A stretch of DNA of 64,000 bases, taken from positions 705,734 to 769,733 of the forward strand of contig CP175956.1 of the NCBI GenBank assembly GCA_046116545.1, given 5' to 3'. Every line of letters starts with the position of its first letter. Position 1 is the stretch's first letter. The DNA comes from Candidatus Moraniibacteriota bacterium. Lineage in GTDB: Bacteria > Patescibacteriota > Minisyncoccia > Moranbacterales > GCA-2747515. Position numbers and translations under genes: made by a program. Below the pieces are notes generated by a model. That model was not told the DNA's origin. It ran no database searches and worked only from the letters and a program-made list of their open reading frames with translations. Shown here piece after piece: positions 18,856 through 28,258 of this stretch.

Positions 18856-19590
18856 TTATCTTAAATAATGTTTCAACGTATAAATCCAATCTTCATCAAT
18901 GTCACCATTTGCAGCATCTGATTCTTTTTGTGTAAGTAACCACTCCAACCATCCTCTATTAGTGCGAGCTACATCCGCAATCAGTTCACCTCTATGCTTA
19001 CCAAATGTTAATCTCTTTATAAGCAATGGCTCACTTGTAATTTTCATCATTTTCTCAATTACTTCAGCATGTGTACTGTCTCGCATCATTTTGTCATACA
19101 TCCTCTCAAATACAGCAGCCAATACTCGCACATCACCCAAAGCATCATGAGCTACAACATTATCCAATTCAATTCCAAGATAATATCTCAAGTACTGCAA
19201 CCTATAAGCAGGTATCTCACTCTTTACATCCAAAGCCTGTGCAACCTTATATGTATCAATAGTCTTTCCTACTTTCAAATTTTCTCTCTCAACCATTCCT
19301 ACATCATAAGGAGCATTATGAGCTATAAAAATAGTCTCATCTTTATCTAAAATTTCTTTTAACCCATCATAAAATTTAGATCCTTGAAATTCTTCCTTCC
19401 CTTCAAGGTGTTTGTTGGTAATATGAGTAACCTCCATAGCCTCCACCTCCATATCACGCCCAGGACTAAACATTGCCTCTTTTTCAGTCCCCTCAAAATC
19501 ATAAGCAACCTGCACAAGTCTATCTTCTTCAGTAAGTCCTGTCGCTTCTACATCAAGAAATAATAAGTTCTTACTTTTTTCTTTATTCAT
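18856..19590 (-). CDS. DEDDh-family 3'-5' exonuclease (DnaQ/ExoX-like) with a C-terminal KHRG...WLEWLL module
   Basis: Exo motifs FLDVEATGL, AHNAPYDVGM and HDALGDV; ExoX-like C-terminal extension. Confidence 0.75.
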   Translation of the reverse strand: MNKEKSKNLLFLDVEATGLTEEDRLVQVAYDFEGTEKEAMFSPGRDMEVEAMEVTHITNKHLEGKEEFQGSKFYDGLKEILDKDETIFIAHNAPYDVGMVERENLKVGKTIDTYKVAQALDVKSEIPAYRLQYLRYYLGIELDNVVAHDALGDVRVLAAVFERMYDKMMRDSTHAEVIEKMMKITSEPLLIKRLTFGKHRGELIADVARTNRGWLEWLLTQKESDAANGDIDEDWIYTLKHYLR

Positions 19591-20491
19591 TTAATTTGTC
19601 TTTAATATCAATAGTGGAAACTGTAAAGCCTTCTTTTTCTACTTGTGTTATGAAATCAGTTTTATATTTGTCAAATATATCATTCTCGGATATGTCCTCA
19701 AGTAATATTGACCGCAACTCTGATCCAGCAGAGGAAAATACATATGCACTCATTCTAAATAATTTTTTACTCTTGTTATCATGTGATATTAGAAATAATT
19801 GCTTACCAATCTTGATTTTAAGTGGTTTCGACGAAAAAATATCAATATTATAACTCAAAGTTGTTGACTGGCTAAATAGCCCTAATGATGCCAAATGCAA
19901 ATATTCATCAAAGCCTAATTTATACTTTTCTAGTGATTTTCTCCCACCTCCCTGTATTGCCATAAGACCCGATTCTGTTGATAAAGCAATAAAATTTTTA
20001 AAGGTCAATAGATCATTTCTTGACAATACTTTCATTATTTCTAAAAGACTAAAGGAAAATGTGCCTGGTTTTTGAATTTCATCAGATAAAATTTTTGCCA
20101 AAACAGCCTGCATTTCTTCCCTACTTATGTCTTGAGCAATATTCAAAAATCTAGAAGTCCAATCTACGTCTACTGGCACATCTGACACCTCTCGGCCTTC
20201 AAGGTTGTCTCTAGATTGTACAATAATATTTTCTAAATTAATTTGCTTGTTATACTGTTCAATCGCAAATCTTTTTTCAGCACGAGACAATATTTCCAAT
20301 GCTTCACTCTGCCCTTCCGCTTGCGCGATAATTTTTTGTTTTTCTGCCTCAGATTCAGTCACCGAAATCCTCTTAATTTTTTTTGCATCAAACTCAAAAA
20401 CTCTGTTACCTACAACACCCACTCCCTCAGAAACTGTCTCAATTAATTTAACAACTGGCTTTTCAAGTCCAGTTAAATTTTGAATATCCAT
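19583..20491 (-). CDS. hypothetical protein, DUF2806-like N-terminal region
   Basis: N-terminal KLIETVSEGVG followed by a Glu/Ala-rich helical segment (IIAQAEGQSEALEILSRAEKRF). Its stop overlaps the start of the exonuclease gene by 8 nt. Confidence 0.4.
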   Translation of the reverse strand: MDIQNLTGLEKPVVKLIETVSEGVGVVGNRVFEFDAKKIKRISVTESEAEKQKIIAQAEGQSEALEILSRAEKRFAIEQYNKQINLENIIVQSRDNLEGREVSDVPVDVDWTSRFLNIAQDISREEMQAVLAKILSDEIQKPGTFSFSLLEIMKVLSRNDLLTFKNFIALSTESGLMAIQGGGRKSLEKYKLGFDEYLHLASLGLFSQSTTLSYNIDIFSSKPLKIKIGKQLFLISHDNKSKKLFRMSAYVFSSAGSELRSILLEDISENDIFDKYKTDFITQVEKEGFTVSTIDIKDKLNE

Positions 20492-20610
20492 AACAAAAGT
20501 TATACAATAATACTAATTAATTTTCCTTAACCAAAAATCACTTTTAAAATTTCTTCTTCATTGTACTTTTTTCCAACATTTTTTGCAACAATTCTATAAT
20601 ATTCTAAATT

Positions 20611-21219
20611 TTATTCCCTAATTACTTCAATATTATCCATATCCATCAAATTCACAAGTCTTGATGGTTTTTGTTTTGGTAATATACCTGCATCTACCAC
20701 AATATCTGGTTTTACGTCTTTGAAATATTTATCTATTTCAGAAATGTCTTCCAATTCTTTTTTACCAGTAATATTAAGACTTGTAGAAACGATTGGAGCA
20801 TCTAGTACTTTTATCAAGTGTAATAAAAATTCACTTTTTGGTAACCGTACTGCAATTCCTTGGTCTTCACTTATTAGTTCTTTTATTACATTATTATTCC
20901 TACCTTTCAATATCACTGTTAGAGCACGTTCTTTTGACCATTCTTTTTTCAAATAATCATATTGTCGTTTAGACAAAAAACAATATTTTCTAATCATGCA
21001 AAAACTTCGCACTAATGATATTAAGTGCTTCTGTTGCTGGGGTGTGCGTTTCTTGATTTTATAAATCTTATCAATCGCATTTTGACTCGTTGCAATAGCA
21101 CTAAAACCATATACAGTTTCTGTCTGCAAAACCACAACATTCCCATCCTTTATCCTACCAGCAACAATCTCAACATCATCACTAGAAAAATCATCTAGAT
21201 CTATTTTTATAATTTCCAT
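20611..21219 (-). CDS. tsaC: L-threonylcarbamoyladenylate synthase (YrdC/TsaC family)
   Basis: ETVYGF motif and YrdC-like fold pattern. Confidence 0.7.
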   Translation of the reverse strand: MEIIKIDLDDFSSDDVEIVAGRIKDGNVVVLQTETVYGFSAIATSQNAIDKIYKIKKRTPQQQKHLISLVRSFCMIRKYCFLSKRQYDYLKKEWSKERALTVILKGRNNNVIKELISEDQGIAVRLPKSEFLLHLIKVLDAPIVSTSLNITGKKELEDISEIDKYFKDVKPDIVVDAGILPKQKPSRLVNLMDMDNIEVIRE

Positions 21220-21222
21220 CCA

Positions 21223-24200
21223 CTATACAACAATGCTGATAAGCTTTCCTTGTACAAAAATTACTTTTCTTACTTCTTTCCCGTCTATGTGTTTTTGTAC
21301 ATTTTCACTTGCTAATGCTTTTTCTGTTGCTTCTTCTTCTGTTATTCCTGTTGCTACACTTATTTTATCTCGTACCTTACCATTTACTTGTACAACTAGT
21401 TCTATTTCATCATCTACCAAATACTTTTCATCATATTCTGGCCAACTTTCTTCTATCAAAAATGTATTATTGCCCATCTCACTCCATAACTCTTGTGTTA
21501 AGTGTGGTGCAAAAGGTGACAGTACTTTTAAGAATTTACCAAAGTCTTCACTAGAAATACTTTTTTCAGTCTCTATTTCATTTGAAAGCATCATCATTGC
21601 ACTTATTGCTGTGTTGTATTTCATGTCTTCTATATCTTCTCCTACTTTTTTGATTGTTTTGTTTAATGTTCCTTTTAGCTTTTTAGATGTTTCAGCTTCT
21701 GTCCATTCACTATGATAAATCTTCCAAATCCTCTCCAAAAACTTTCTCGGACCAACAAGTCCATCAGTACTCCAAGCAACTGACGCATCAAATGGTCCCA
21801 TGAACATTTCATATACTCTGAATGTATCAGAGCCAAACCTATCGATTATATCATCAGGATTTATAACATTACCCCAACGCTTACTCATCTTACGTCCATC
21901 CTCTGCCATGATAAGTCCAACTGTCTGTAATTTTGAAAACGGTTCGTCATATGAAACAACTCCTATGTCATATAAGAACTTATGCCAAAATCGTGCATAA
22001 ATAAGATGTCGTGTAGCATGTTCTGCTCCACCTACATAAAAATCAACTGGTGACCAATATTTTTCTTTATCTTTATCAATTAATGCACTATCATTTTTTG
22101 GATCAATATACCTCAAGTAATACCAACTAGACCCAGCCCATTGTGGCATAGTATTTGTCTCACGCTTAGCCGGACCACTACACTCAGGACACTCAGTATT
22201 CACCCAGTCGTCAATTGCAGCAAGTGGTGATTCACCTGTTCCCGTTGGCTCATAGCTTTCCACCTCTGGAAGTATTAACGGTAGTTCATCTTCTGGCACA
22301 GTAACAACTCCACACTTCTCACAATGAATTAAAGGGATAGGTTCTCCCCAATACCTCTGACGACTAAACACCCAATCACGAAGCTTATAACTAGTAGTCA
22401 TTTCACCACCAGCCTTCTGCGTAATTGCTTCTTTAGCATCTTCTGAATCCATGCCATCAAATTCTCCAGAATTAACCATGATACCCGTTCCTGTAAAAAC
22501 TTTATCATTATTTATTTTATCCCACATAAATCTTTGACCTCCTGCTACAATTGCACTCTCCACTTCTTTCGCTGTCATCCATACGATATCATGTTTTACT
22601 TTTTCTTCATCACTTACTACATTTTGTTCATCACTTTCTAATTCAAAATAAAATGATTCAAAATGTGCAAATCTGTTAACATTTTTTGGATTATGAAAAA
22701 ACTTACTATGTGATTTACCTAAATTTTTAATCAATTTTAAATTTTTATAACCAGTCTCTTCTAAAATCTCAGTTCGTGCTGCTTCTTGGGCAGTTTGACC
22801 TTCTTCAATTCCTCCTGTAATAAATGTAATCCAAGCTACTTTCTTCCACTTTAATGTTAAATATTTATCTTCTTCCCAATGTTTCACAATTGCGGTAATT
22901 GTATCTCTTTCTATAAATTCTAAATCTTTTTTTGGTGCACTACTTTTTGTTTTATCTATAAATAATGGTTCTACAACTTCTTGCATATCAACGTCATATT
23001 TCTGAGCAAACTCAAAATCACGCTCATCATGAGCAGGTACTGCCATAATTGCACCAGTTCCATAATCAGCCAAAACATAATCTGCAATGAAGATTGGAAT
23101 TTCTTCGCCATTAACTGGATTTACTGCCATCACACCCTCAAGCCTTACACCTGTCTTTTCTTTTCCTTCAGCAGTTCGCTCAATCTCAGTTTTTGCTTGT
23201 GTTTGCTTTTGATACTCTGCAACTTCACTTCTATTTACAATCTCTAATTGTTCAAGTAACCCATGCTCAGGAGCAAGTACCATATAAGTAGCACCATATA
23301 AAGTATCTGGACGTGTTGTAAATACTTTGATGGATTTACCATTATCACTTTTACCTCCAACAGAACTCAGAGACAAACTATGACTGAAATCTAAAATTTC
23401 AACTATAACCTCTGGGAGTTCTTGTTTTATCAGCTTACTACCAAAATGCCCTTTATTATCAAATTTCAAAAATTTTGCATCTAATCCTTTTGCATTTTTC
23501 TCTCCATGTTCAAATGGCACCCAATCATCATCATGCGAATGAAGCACAACAAAATCATCACAATGTTGTTTAATTTTTTCAAAATCATATCCATCTTCAG
23601 TATAAAATCCATGTGTATTTTCTTTTGTATGTTTATCATCAATTTTTGCATAATTAGCAGCAACCAAAATAACTTTTTTGACTTTAAAATCTTTTGGCTG
23701 TTTTTCTAACCATCTCAAAATTGCAACACCTCCACGAGAATGTCCTATTAAAACTGTATTTTTGTTTGGCTTCAATTCGTCCAATTGAGCTAACCATTCA
23801 TCCATGTATGGATTTTCAGCATTCTTCAGAACTGGTGCCACAAATAAAATACCTTTTTTATTCATTTCTTCAGCAAGCCATAAATACCACTTTTCTTGTG
23901 GGTTTGTGTCCTTTCCATGCATCAAAATAACGTTTTCTTCTTGTTCTACGACTTTTTTTTGCAATAAACTTAAAATTTCTGGCACTTCTTTAACATTTTC
24001 ATCCTCACTCATGTGTCCATATTCTTTTAATATCTGAATATTAGCAATATCACCAAAATTTTCAATATAATACTCTCTTATCTCATCTGTAATCCAACCA
24101 TCCTTTTCACCAAAAATACAATTCATGTATGTAACATTTTGCTTTACCATTTCAATGTCTAAATTTCTATCTTGATAATTTTTAAAAATAATTAGTTCTT

Positions 24201-25263
24201 CTTTTGTTAATTTTTCTTTGAATTGTTCAAAATATAAACTATCTGGTTTTTCAAAACCAACGGGAGCGACAAGAACAAGGTTTTTTATCTTATATTTTTC
24301 TGCTAATTTCATCGCCAAAAGTCCACCCATACTATGTCCAACAACAGAAAAATCTTGAAGATTATTTTTTGCAATTTTTTCTTCTATAAAATTATACCAC
24401 TCATCAAAATCTGGCGTATCCGTATTTGGTGCATCAAACGCAAATACTCTGTGACCATCTTTTTCTAAAGAATCTTTTAACCACGGAATAAAATCAGTTT
24501 TTGAGCTACTTTCCCAACCATGTAAAATTAAAACATTTTCTTTTAATTCTTCATTCTTAATTCTAAATTCTATATTTGCTCCCTCACTTCGTCCTATCCA
24601 ATTCCTCTGTGATTCTTTGATGCTTTCTTGCCAATCAAGTTTATCTATGTCAGCGAGCATCCTATCTGCATAATCCGTAATTTTTATAACCCATTGTGGA
24701 ATTTTCTTTTTCTCAATCGGTGTATCACATCTCTCACAACAACCATTCTCTAAATCTTCATTTGCAAGTCCCGTTTTGCACGATGGGCACCAGTTAATCG
24801 GTTCATTTGATTGAAATATTAATCCCTTTTTATACATCTGAATAAAAGTCCACTGAGTCCATTTATAAAACTCTGGGTCTGTAGTCGAAATCTCTCGCTC
24901 CCAATCATAATTAAGAGAAATCTTTTCTAATTGTTTTTTAAAGGTTGCAATATTTTTATCCGTTCCTATACGTGGATGTACTTTATTTTTAAGTGCATAC
25001 TGTTCAGCAGGAAGTCCAAAAGCATCCCACCCCATTGGATGAAGTACATTGAAATTTTGCATTTTTTTATACCGAGAGATAATATCTGTTGCAATATAAC
25101 CCTTAGGATGACCCACATGGAGTCCTTCTCCTGATGGATATGGAAACATATCAAGAATATAAAATTTCTCTTTATCAGAGTCCTCTGTCGTTTTATAGAC
25201 ATTTGACTCATTCCATTTTTTACGCCATTTATCCTCAATTTCTTTGTGCTTATAGATTTTCAT
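21223..25263 (-). CDS. leuS: leucyl-tRNA synthetase with inserted tandem alpha/beta-hydrolase domains and a Nudix-like domain
   Basis: HIGH (HVGHPKGY) and KMSKS (KMSKRWGN) motifs; bacterial LeuRS blocks NWIGRSEGA and TTRPDT...AVPAHDERDFEFAQKY. Residues ~236-645 hold two YdeN/RBBP9-type serine-hydrolase domains (GHSMGG, GHSRGG). Residues ~781-920 hold a Nudix-like domain (WITFITGGIEEGQTAQEAARTEILEETGY). Confidence 0.9.
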   Translation of the reverse strand: MKIYKHKEIEDKWRKKWNESNVYKTTEDSDKEKFYILDMFPYPSGEGLHVGHPKGYIATDIISRYKKMQNFNVLHPMGWDAFGLPAEQYALKNKVHPRIGTDKNIATFKKQLEKISLNYDWEREISTTDPEFYKWTQWTFIQMYKKGLIFQSNEPINWCPSCKTGLANEDLENGCCERCDTPIEKKKIPQWVIKITDYADRMLADIDKLDWQESIKESQRNWIGRSEGANIEFRIKNEELKENVLILHGWESSSKTDFIPWLKDSLEKDGHRVFAFDAPNTDTPDFDEWYNFIEEKIAKNNLQDFSVVGHSMGGLLAMKLAEKYKIKNLVLVAPVGFEKPDSLYFEQFKEKLTKEELIIFKNYQDRNLDIEMVKQNVTYMNCIFGEKDGWITDEIREYYIENFGDIANIQILKEYGHMSEDENVKEVPEILSLLQKKVVEQEENVILMHGKDTNPQEKWYLWLAEEMNKKGILFVAPVLKNAENPYMDEWLAQLDELKPNKNTVLIGHSRGGVAILRWLEKQPKDFKVKKVILVAANYAKIDDKHTKENTHGFYTEDGYDFEKIKQHCDDFVVLHSHDDDWVPFEHGEKNAKGLDAKFLKFDNKGHFGSKLIKQELPEVIVEILDFSHSLSLSSVGGKSDNGKSIKVFTTRPDTLYGATYMVLAPEHGLLEQLEIVNRSEVAEYQKQTQAKTEIERTAEGKEKTGVRLEGVMAVNPVNGEEIPIFIADYVLADYGTGAIMAVPAHDERDFEFAQKYDVDMQEVVEPLFIDKTKSSAPKKDLEFIERDTITAIVKHWEEDKYLTLKWKKVAWITFITGGIEEGQTAQEAARTEILEETGYKNLKLIKNLGKSHSKFFHNPKNVNRFAHFESFYFELESDEQNVVSDEEKVKHDIVWMTAKEVESAIVAGGQRFMWDKINNDKVFTGTGIMVNSGEFDGMDSEDAKEAITQKAGGEMTTSYKLRDWVFSRQRYWGEPIPLIHCEKCGVVTVPEDELPLILPEVESYEPTGTGESPLAAIDDWVNTECPECSGPAKRETNTMPQWAGSSWYYLRYIDPKNDSALIDKDKEKYWSPVDFYVGGAEHATRHLIYARFWHKFLYDIGVVSYDEPFSKLQTVGLIMAEDGRKMSKRWGNVINPDDIIDRFGSDTFRVYEMFMGPFDASVAWSTDGLVGPRKFLERIWKIYHSEWTEAETSKKLKGTLNKTIKKVGEDIEDMKYNTAISAMMMLSNEIETEKSISSEDFGKFLKVLSPFAPHLTQELWSEMGNNTFLIEESWPEYDEKYLVDDEIELVVQVNGKVRDKISVATGITEEEATEKALASENVQKHIDGKEVRKVIFVQGKLISIVV

Positions 25264-25324
25264 AATTAAAAATACGATAAAGTTATATCTATAACCTTAT
25301 CGTATTTTGATGTTTTTTTCAAAC
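25263..25324. repeat. 62-nt direct repeat copy 1 (terminator-like hairpin element)
   Basis: taattaaaaatacgataaagttatatctataaccttatcgtattttgatgtttttttcaaac. Hairpin atacgataag/cttatcgtat plus a T-run. About 90% identical to the copy at 26315-26378. Confidence 0.7.
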
Positions 25325-25657
25325 ACCTGTCGTATTGCGAGGAAGCCCCGCTATCCTACACACATATTCGTACCAACCCTCATCTCTGTTTTGATGCTCA
25401 TATGGAAATATTTTTGTGATTATATTAATATCCACAATATCCTCATCACACAACTCCCCTTGGGTCGGAGGATGCTTTTTTTGTTTGTAATAATTGCGTA
25501 AAAACAGAATGACCTCCCAACATCCAGCATCTTTGATGTGACAATCTGGAAAATGACTTCTACTCCACTTTTCATTCCAATCACAAAACCTTAGCAAGTA
25601 CCCATAACTATCGCTATCATAATCTTCTCTTAAATCATCATACGTATTAACGGCCAT
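25319..25657 (-). CDS. hypothetical protein
   Basis: 112 aa, Cys/Trp/Tyr-rich, inside the repeat-bracketed cassette. Confidence 0.4.
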   Translation of the reverse strand: MAVNTYDDLREDYDSDSYGYLLRFCDWNEKWSRSHFPDCHIKDAGCWEVILFLRNYYKQKKHPPTQGELCDEDIVDINIITKIFPYEHQNRDEGWYEYVCRIAGLPRNTTGV

Positions 25658-25724
25658 AATAATTACCTCCTTGATAGCAAGCTTCTGATTTTAATGTTAA
25701 ATTACTTAGTTTTTTTCAAATACA

Positions 25725-26177
25725 TCAGAATTTTTGACGCATCGGCCTTTTACCTGTAATTTTTTTATCTACCGCGTCAAGGATTAAATCTTCCCCGCCA
25801 ATCCATACACTACCTGATTCACTACTACTGAGGTAGTAACCTTGTGAAGAGCTTAGAAACTCTTCTGCAAGTTGATGGTACTGAAGCATGTTAGTACTGT
25901 TATGTTTATGTGCATATAAGATTGCACTTATCATCGCATGTGATCCTGGTTTAATAAAAATCACACAGTCCGTATTACGATCAATAATTGGCCAAAGCTC
26001 ACATACACGCAAGATTTGCGCAAGATCACACCATGTACGTACAAAATCATTTCGCTGAAAAATCGGCACACAACCTCCACACTCTTTTACAAGATGAGCA
26101 TACAACCAATCTTCAAGTTGTTTGCTTACATTGAATTTTTTAACAAATTCATCAATCGTTATAACAATTTCTTTCAT
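25725..26177 (-). CDS. hypothetical protein
   Basis: 150 aa with no recognisable motif. Confidence 0.4.
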   Translation of the reverse strand: MKEIVITIDEFVKKFNVSKQLEDWLYAHLVKECGGCVPIFQRNDFVRTWCDLAQILRVCELWPIIDRNTDCVIFIKPGSHAMISAILYAHKHNSTNMLQYHQLAEEFLSSSQGYYLSSSESGSVWIGGEDLILDAVDKKITGKRPMRQKF

Positions 26178-26314
26178 CTCTTTTCCTCGAATATGTATAT
26201 AATTTAAAAAAATATTATAAAAAATATAAAAGAACCAACTAAAAAGTATATCACTTGTTATCTATTTCGTCAATGATTTTTACAACTAATTTCTTTATGT
26301 TTATAAATTTCTAT

Positions 26315-26378
26315 AATTTAAAATACGATAAGATTATTTCTATAACCTTATCGTATATTTTGATGTTTTTTCAAGTCA
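26315..26378. repeat. 62-nt direct repeat copy 2 (terminator-like hairpin element)
   Basis: taatttaaaatacgataagattatttctataaccttatcgtatattttgatgttttttcaag. Confidence 0.7.
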
Positions 26379-26859
26379 ATATTTTTTGCCTTAATGAATC
26401 AAATACAGATTTTGCAAGAACAATGGATAGTGGTAAGCACACAAAACATGATGCTAAATATGAAATCCACTCTACTACAATCCCAGAACTAACATCATCC
26501 ATGATAACAGCATCCCAACAAATAAATGATGATATCGTCACAATACTAACTCCCACAATAATAGATAAACCACCAACAAACATCTTTGACCACCATGATT
26601 TCAAAGATAACCCTATATCTAAATCATCCTCAAGTATAATGACAAGAGGAAAAATAATCGATGCTACTATGTAACACACAATCCCTATTGCTCCAAATAG
26701 CATTCCCAGCCAATCATTTGCAAAAACATTATCAGTTAAATATACACTAACCATTCCAATAATAGCAATAACTGGAATTACTATAAGTATTATGCAATTA
26801 TGTACGAACATATGTGCAAATATTCCTACATAATCACCTTCAAATTGATATACTGACAA
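26371..26859 (-). CDS. hypothetical integral membrane protein
   Basis: 162 aa with 4 hydrophobic helices. Preferred over the overlapping plus-strand ORF 26255-26674. Confidence 0.45.
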   Translation of the reverse strand: MSVYQFEGDYVGIFAHMFVHNCIILIVIPVIAIIGMVSVYLTDNVFANDWLGMLFGAIGIVCYIVASIIFPLVIILEDDLDIGLSLKSWWSKMFVGGLSIIVGVSIVTISSFICWDAVIMDDVSSGIVVEWISYLASCFVCLPLSIVLAKSVFDSLRQKILT

Positions 26860-26903
26860 AATATTAATAAATAATATGCCAAAAGTGATTATACAAAGTG
26901 TAA

Positions 26904-27188
26904 CTATATGCCTCTTACGCTTGGTTGTAAAATGCCCGTAATGAATATTTCTTGCTCATTTATCCTTACATTCTCACCTTTCCACAATTTCTTTTTTTGC
27001 TCTAAACTCAAAATGATGTCTTTTGGTACAGGCTCTGTTGCAAATTCTCCAATTTTTGTCCAATTTTCTACAATTATAGTACCATCCGCCTGTGTAACTT
27101 CTTCAAATTTTTGTACATCACCTGCAAAAACATTGTTAGCACACAAAATGCTAATCACTACAACTATTATCTTTAATATTTGCAACAT
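26904..27188 (-). CDS. small secreted protein (hypothetical)
   Basis: Signal peptide ending VFAGD. Confidence 0.4.
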   Translation of the reverse strand: MLQILKIIVVVISILCANNVFAGDVQKFEEVTQADGTIIVENWTKIGEFATEPVPKDIILSLEQKKKLWKGENVRINEQEIFITGILQPSVRGI

Positions 27189-27253
27189 CTTCTCTCCCCC
27201 TTTTAATATGAGTTCATTTCTTCATTGTTAAATTACGATAGTTCAATATACCA

Positions 27254-28258
27254 TTATTTATTATCACCGTCAATCACATCAGTCTCATCAACAATCTCCC
27301 CAACTAACTCCTCAATGATATCTTCTAAAGTTATAAGTCCGACGAGATCGTTATCTTGTTTTGATTCTACCAAAAACATATGAGAATGTTTTTTATTCAT
27401 CATACGAAATACTTTTTCTATTTCTAAATCTTCTTTTACGTATTGAACATCTGATACAAACTCTCCAAGTGGTTTATCACGCTCATCAGAGTTCAAAACT
27501 TTCATAATAGTATTTACATGTATATATCCAATCATCTTATCTTCATTGTCTCCCTCATATACTGGATAACGTGAATGTCCTATTTGTGATACTTGGTATG
27601 ATATCTGTTCTACTGGTACAGTAGCTGATAATGCAATAATTTTTTCAAACGGCATCATTACATCAGATACTACAATATCATCAAACTGAAAAATATTTTC
27701 AATCATCTCATGTTCTGATTTGTCTATAATTCCATGTTCTACACCTATACGACTGAGAGTTCGTATTTCCTCTTCACTAACTATCTCAGCAGCACTATCA
27801 ACACCCACAGCTTTGTGTAAATACTTACTCATACGATGCAATACAAAAACAACAGGTATAAAAATTACATACATAACATATATTGGCCACGCTGTAATTT
27901 GTGCTATTTTTTCATTTTTTGCTATTGCAAATGATTTTGGTATTATCTCACCAAAAATAAGAATGAAAATTGTAGTTACACCAGTAGCAATCCCCAATGC
28001 AGCACTTCCAAAAAACCTCCCAGCAACAACCGTTGCATACGATGCAGTAAAAAGGTTTACTATATTATTTCCAATAAGAATCGTTATTAATAATCGTTTA
28101 GGTTTTTTCTTTAAGTTATCTATAATATCAGAAGCAAATTTCTTTTTTGTCACCATTAAATGGACTTTTGCTGGAGTAAGCGAAAAAAACGCAGTTTCCG
28201 CACTCGAAAACAACGCTGATAATAATATTAAAACTGTAAAAATGACCACATCACTCAT
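27254..28258 (-). CDS. CNNM/DUF21-CBS membrane protein (TlyC/CorC family)
   Basis: DUF21 transmembrane domain followed by a CBS pair. Confidence 0.75.
   Translation of the reverse strand: MSDVVIFTVLILLSALFSSAETAFFSLTPAKVHLMVTKKKFASDIIDNLKKKPKRLLITILIGNNIVNLFTASYATVVAGRFFGSAALGIATGVTTIFILIFGEIIPKSFAIAKNEKIAQITAWPIYVMYVIFIPVVFVLHRMSKYLHKAVGVDSAAEIVSEEEIRTLSRIGVEHGIIDKSEHEMIENIFQFDDIVVSDVMMPFEKIIALSATVPVEQISYQVSQIGHSRYPVYEGDNEDKMIGYIHVNTIMKVLNSDERDKPLGEFVSDVQYVKEDLEIEKVFRMMNKKHSHMFLVESKQDNDLVGLITLEDIIEELVGEIVDETDVIDGDNK

Noticed and set aside
21223-25263. Inteins as the explanation for the extra 550 aa in LeuRS
   Set aside because: The inserts lack intein splice-junction features (N-terminal Cys/Ser, C-terminal HN followed by Cys/Ser/Thr) and endonuclease motifs. 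Instead they show catalytic signatures of alpha/beta hydrolases and Nudix.
26255-26674. Plus-strand 139-aa ORF overlapping the minus-strand membrane protein gene
   Set aside because: The minus-strand ORF gives a coherent 4-TM protein with the terminator-like repeat directly downstream. The plus ORF starts inside the repeat element and is low complexity.
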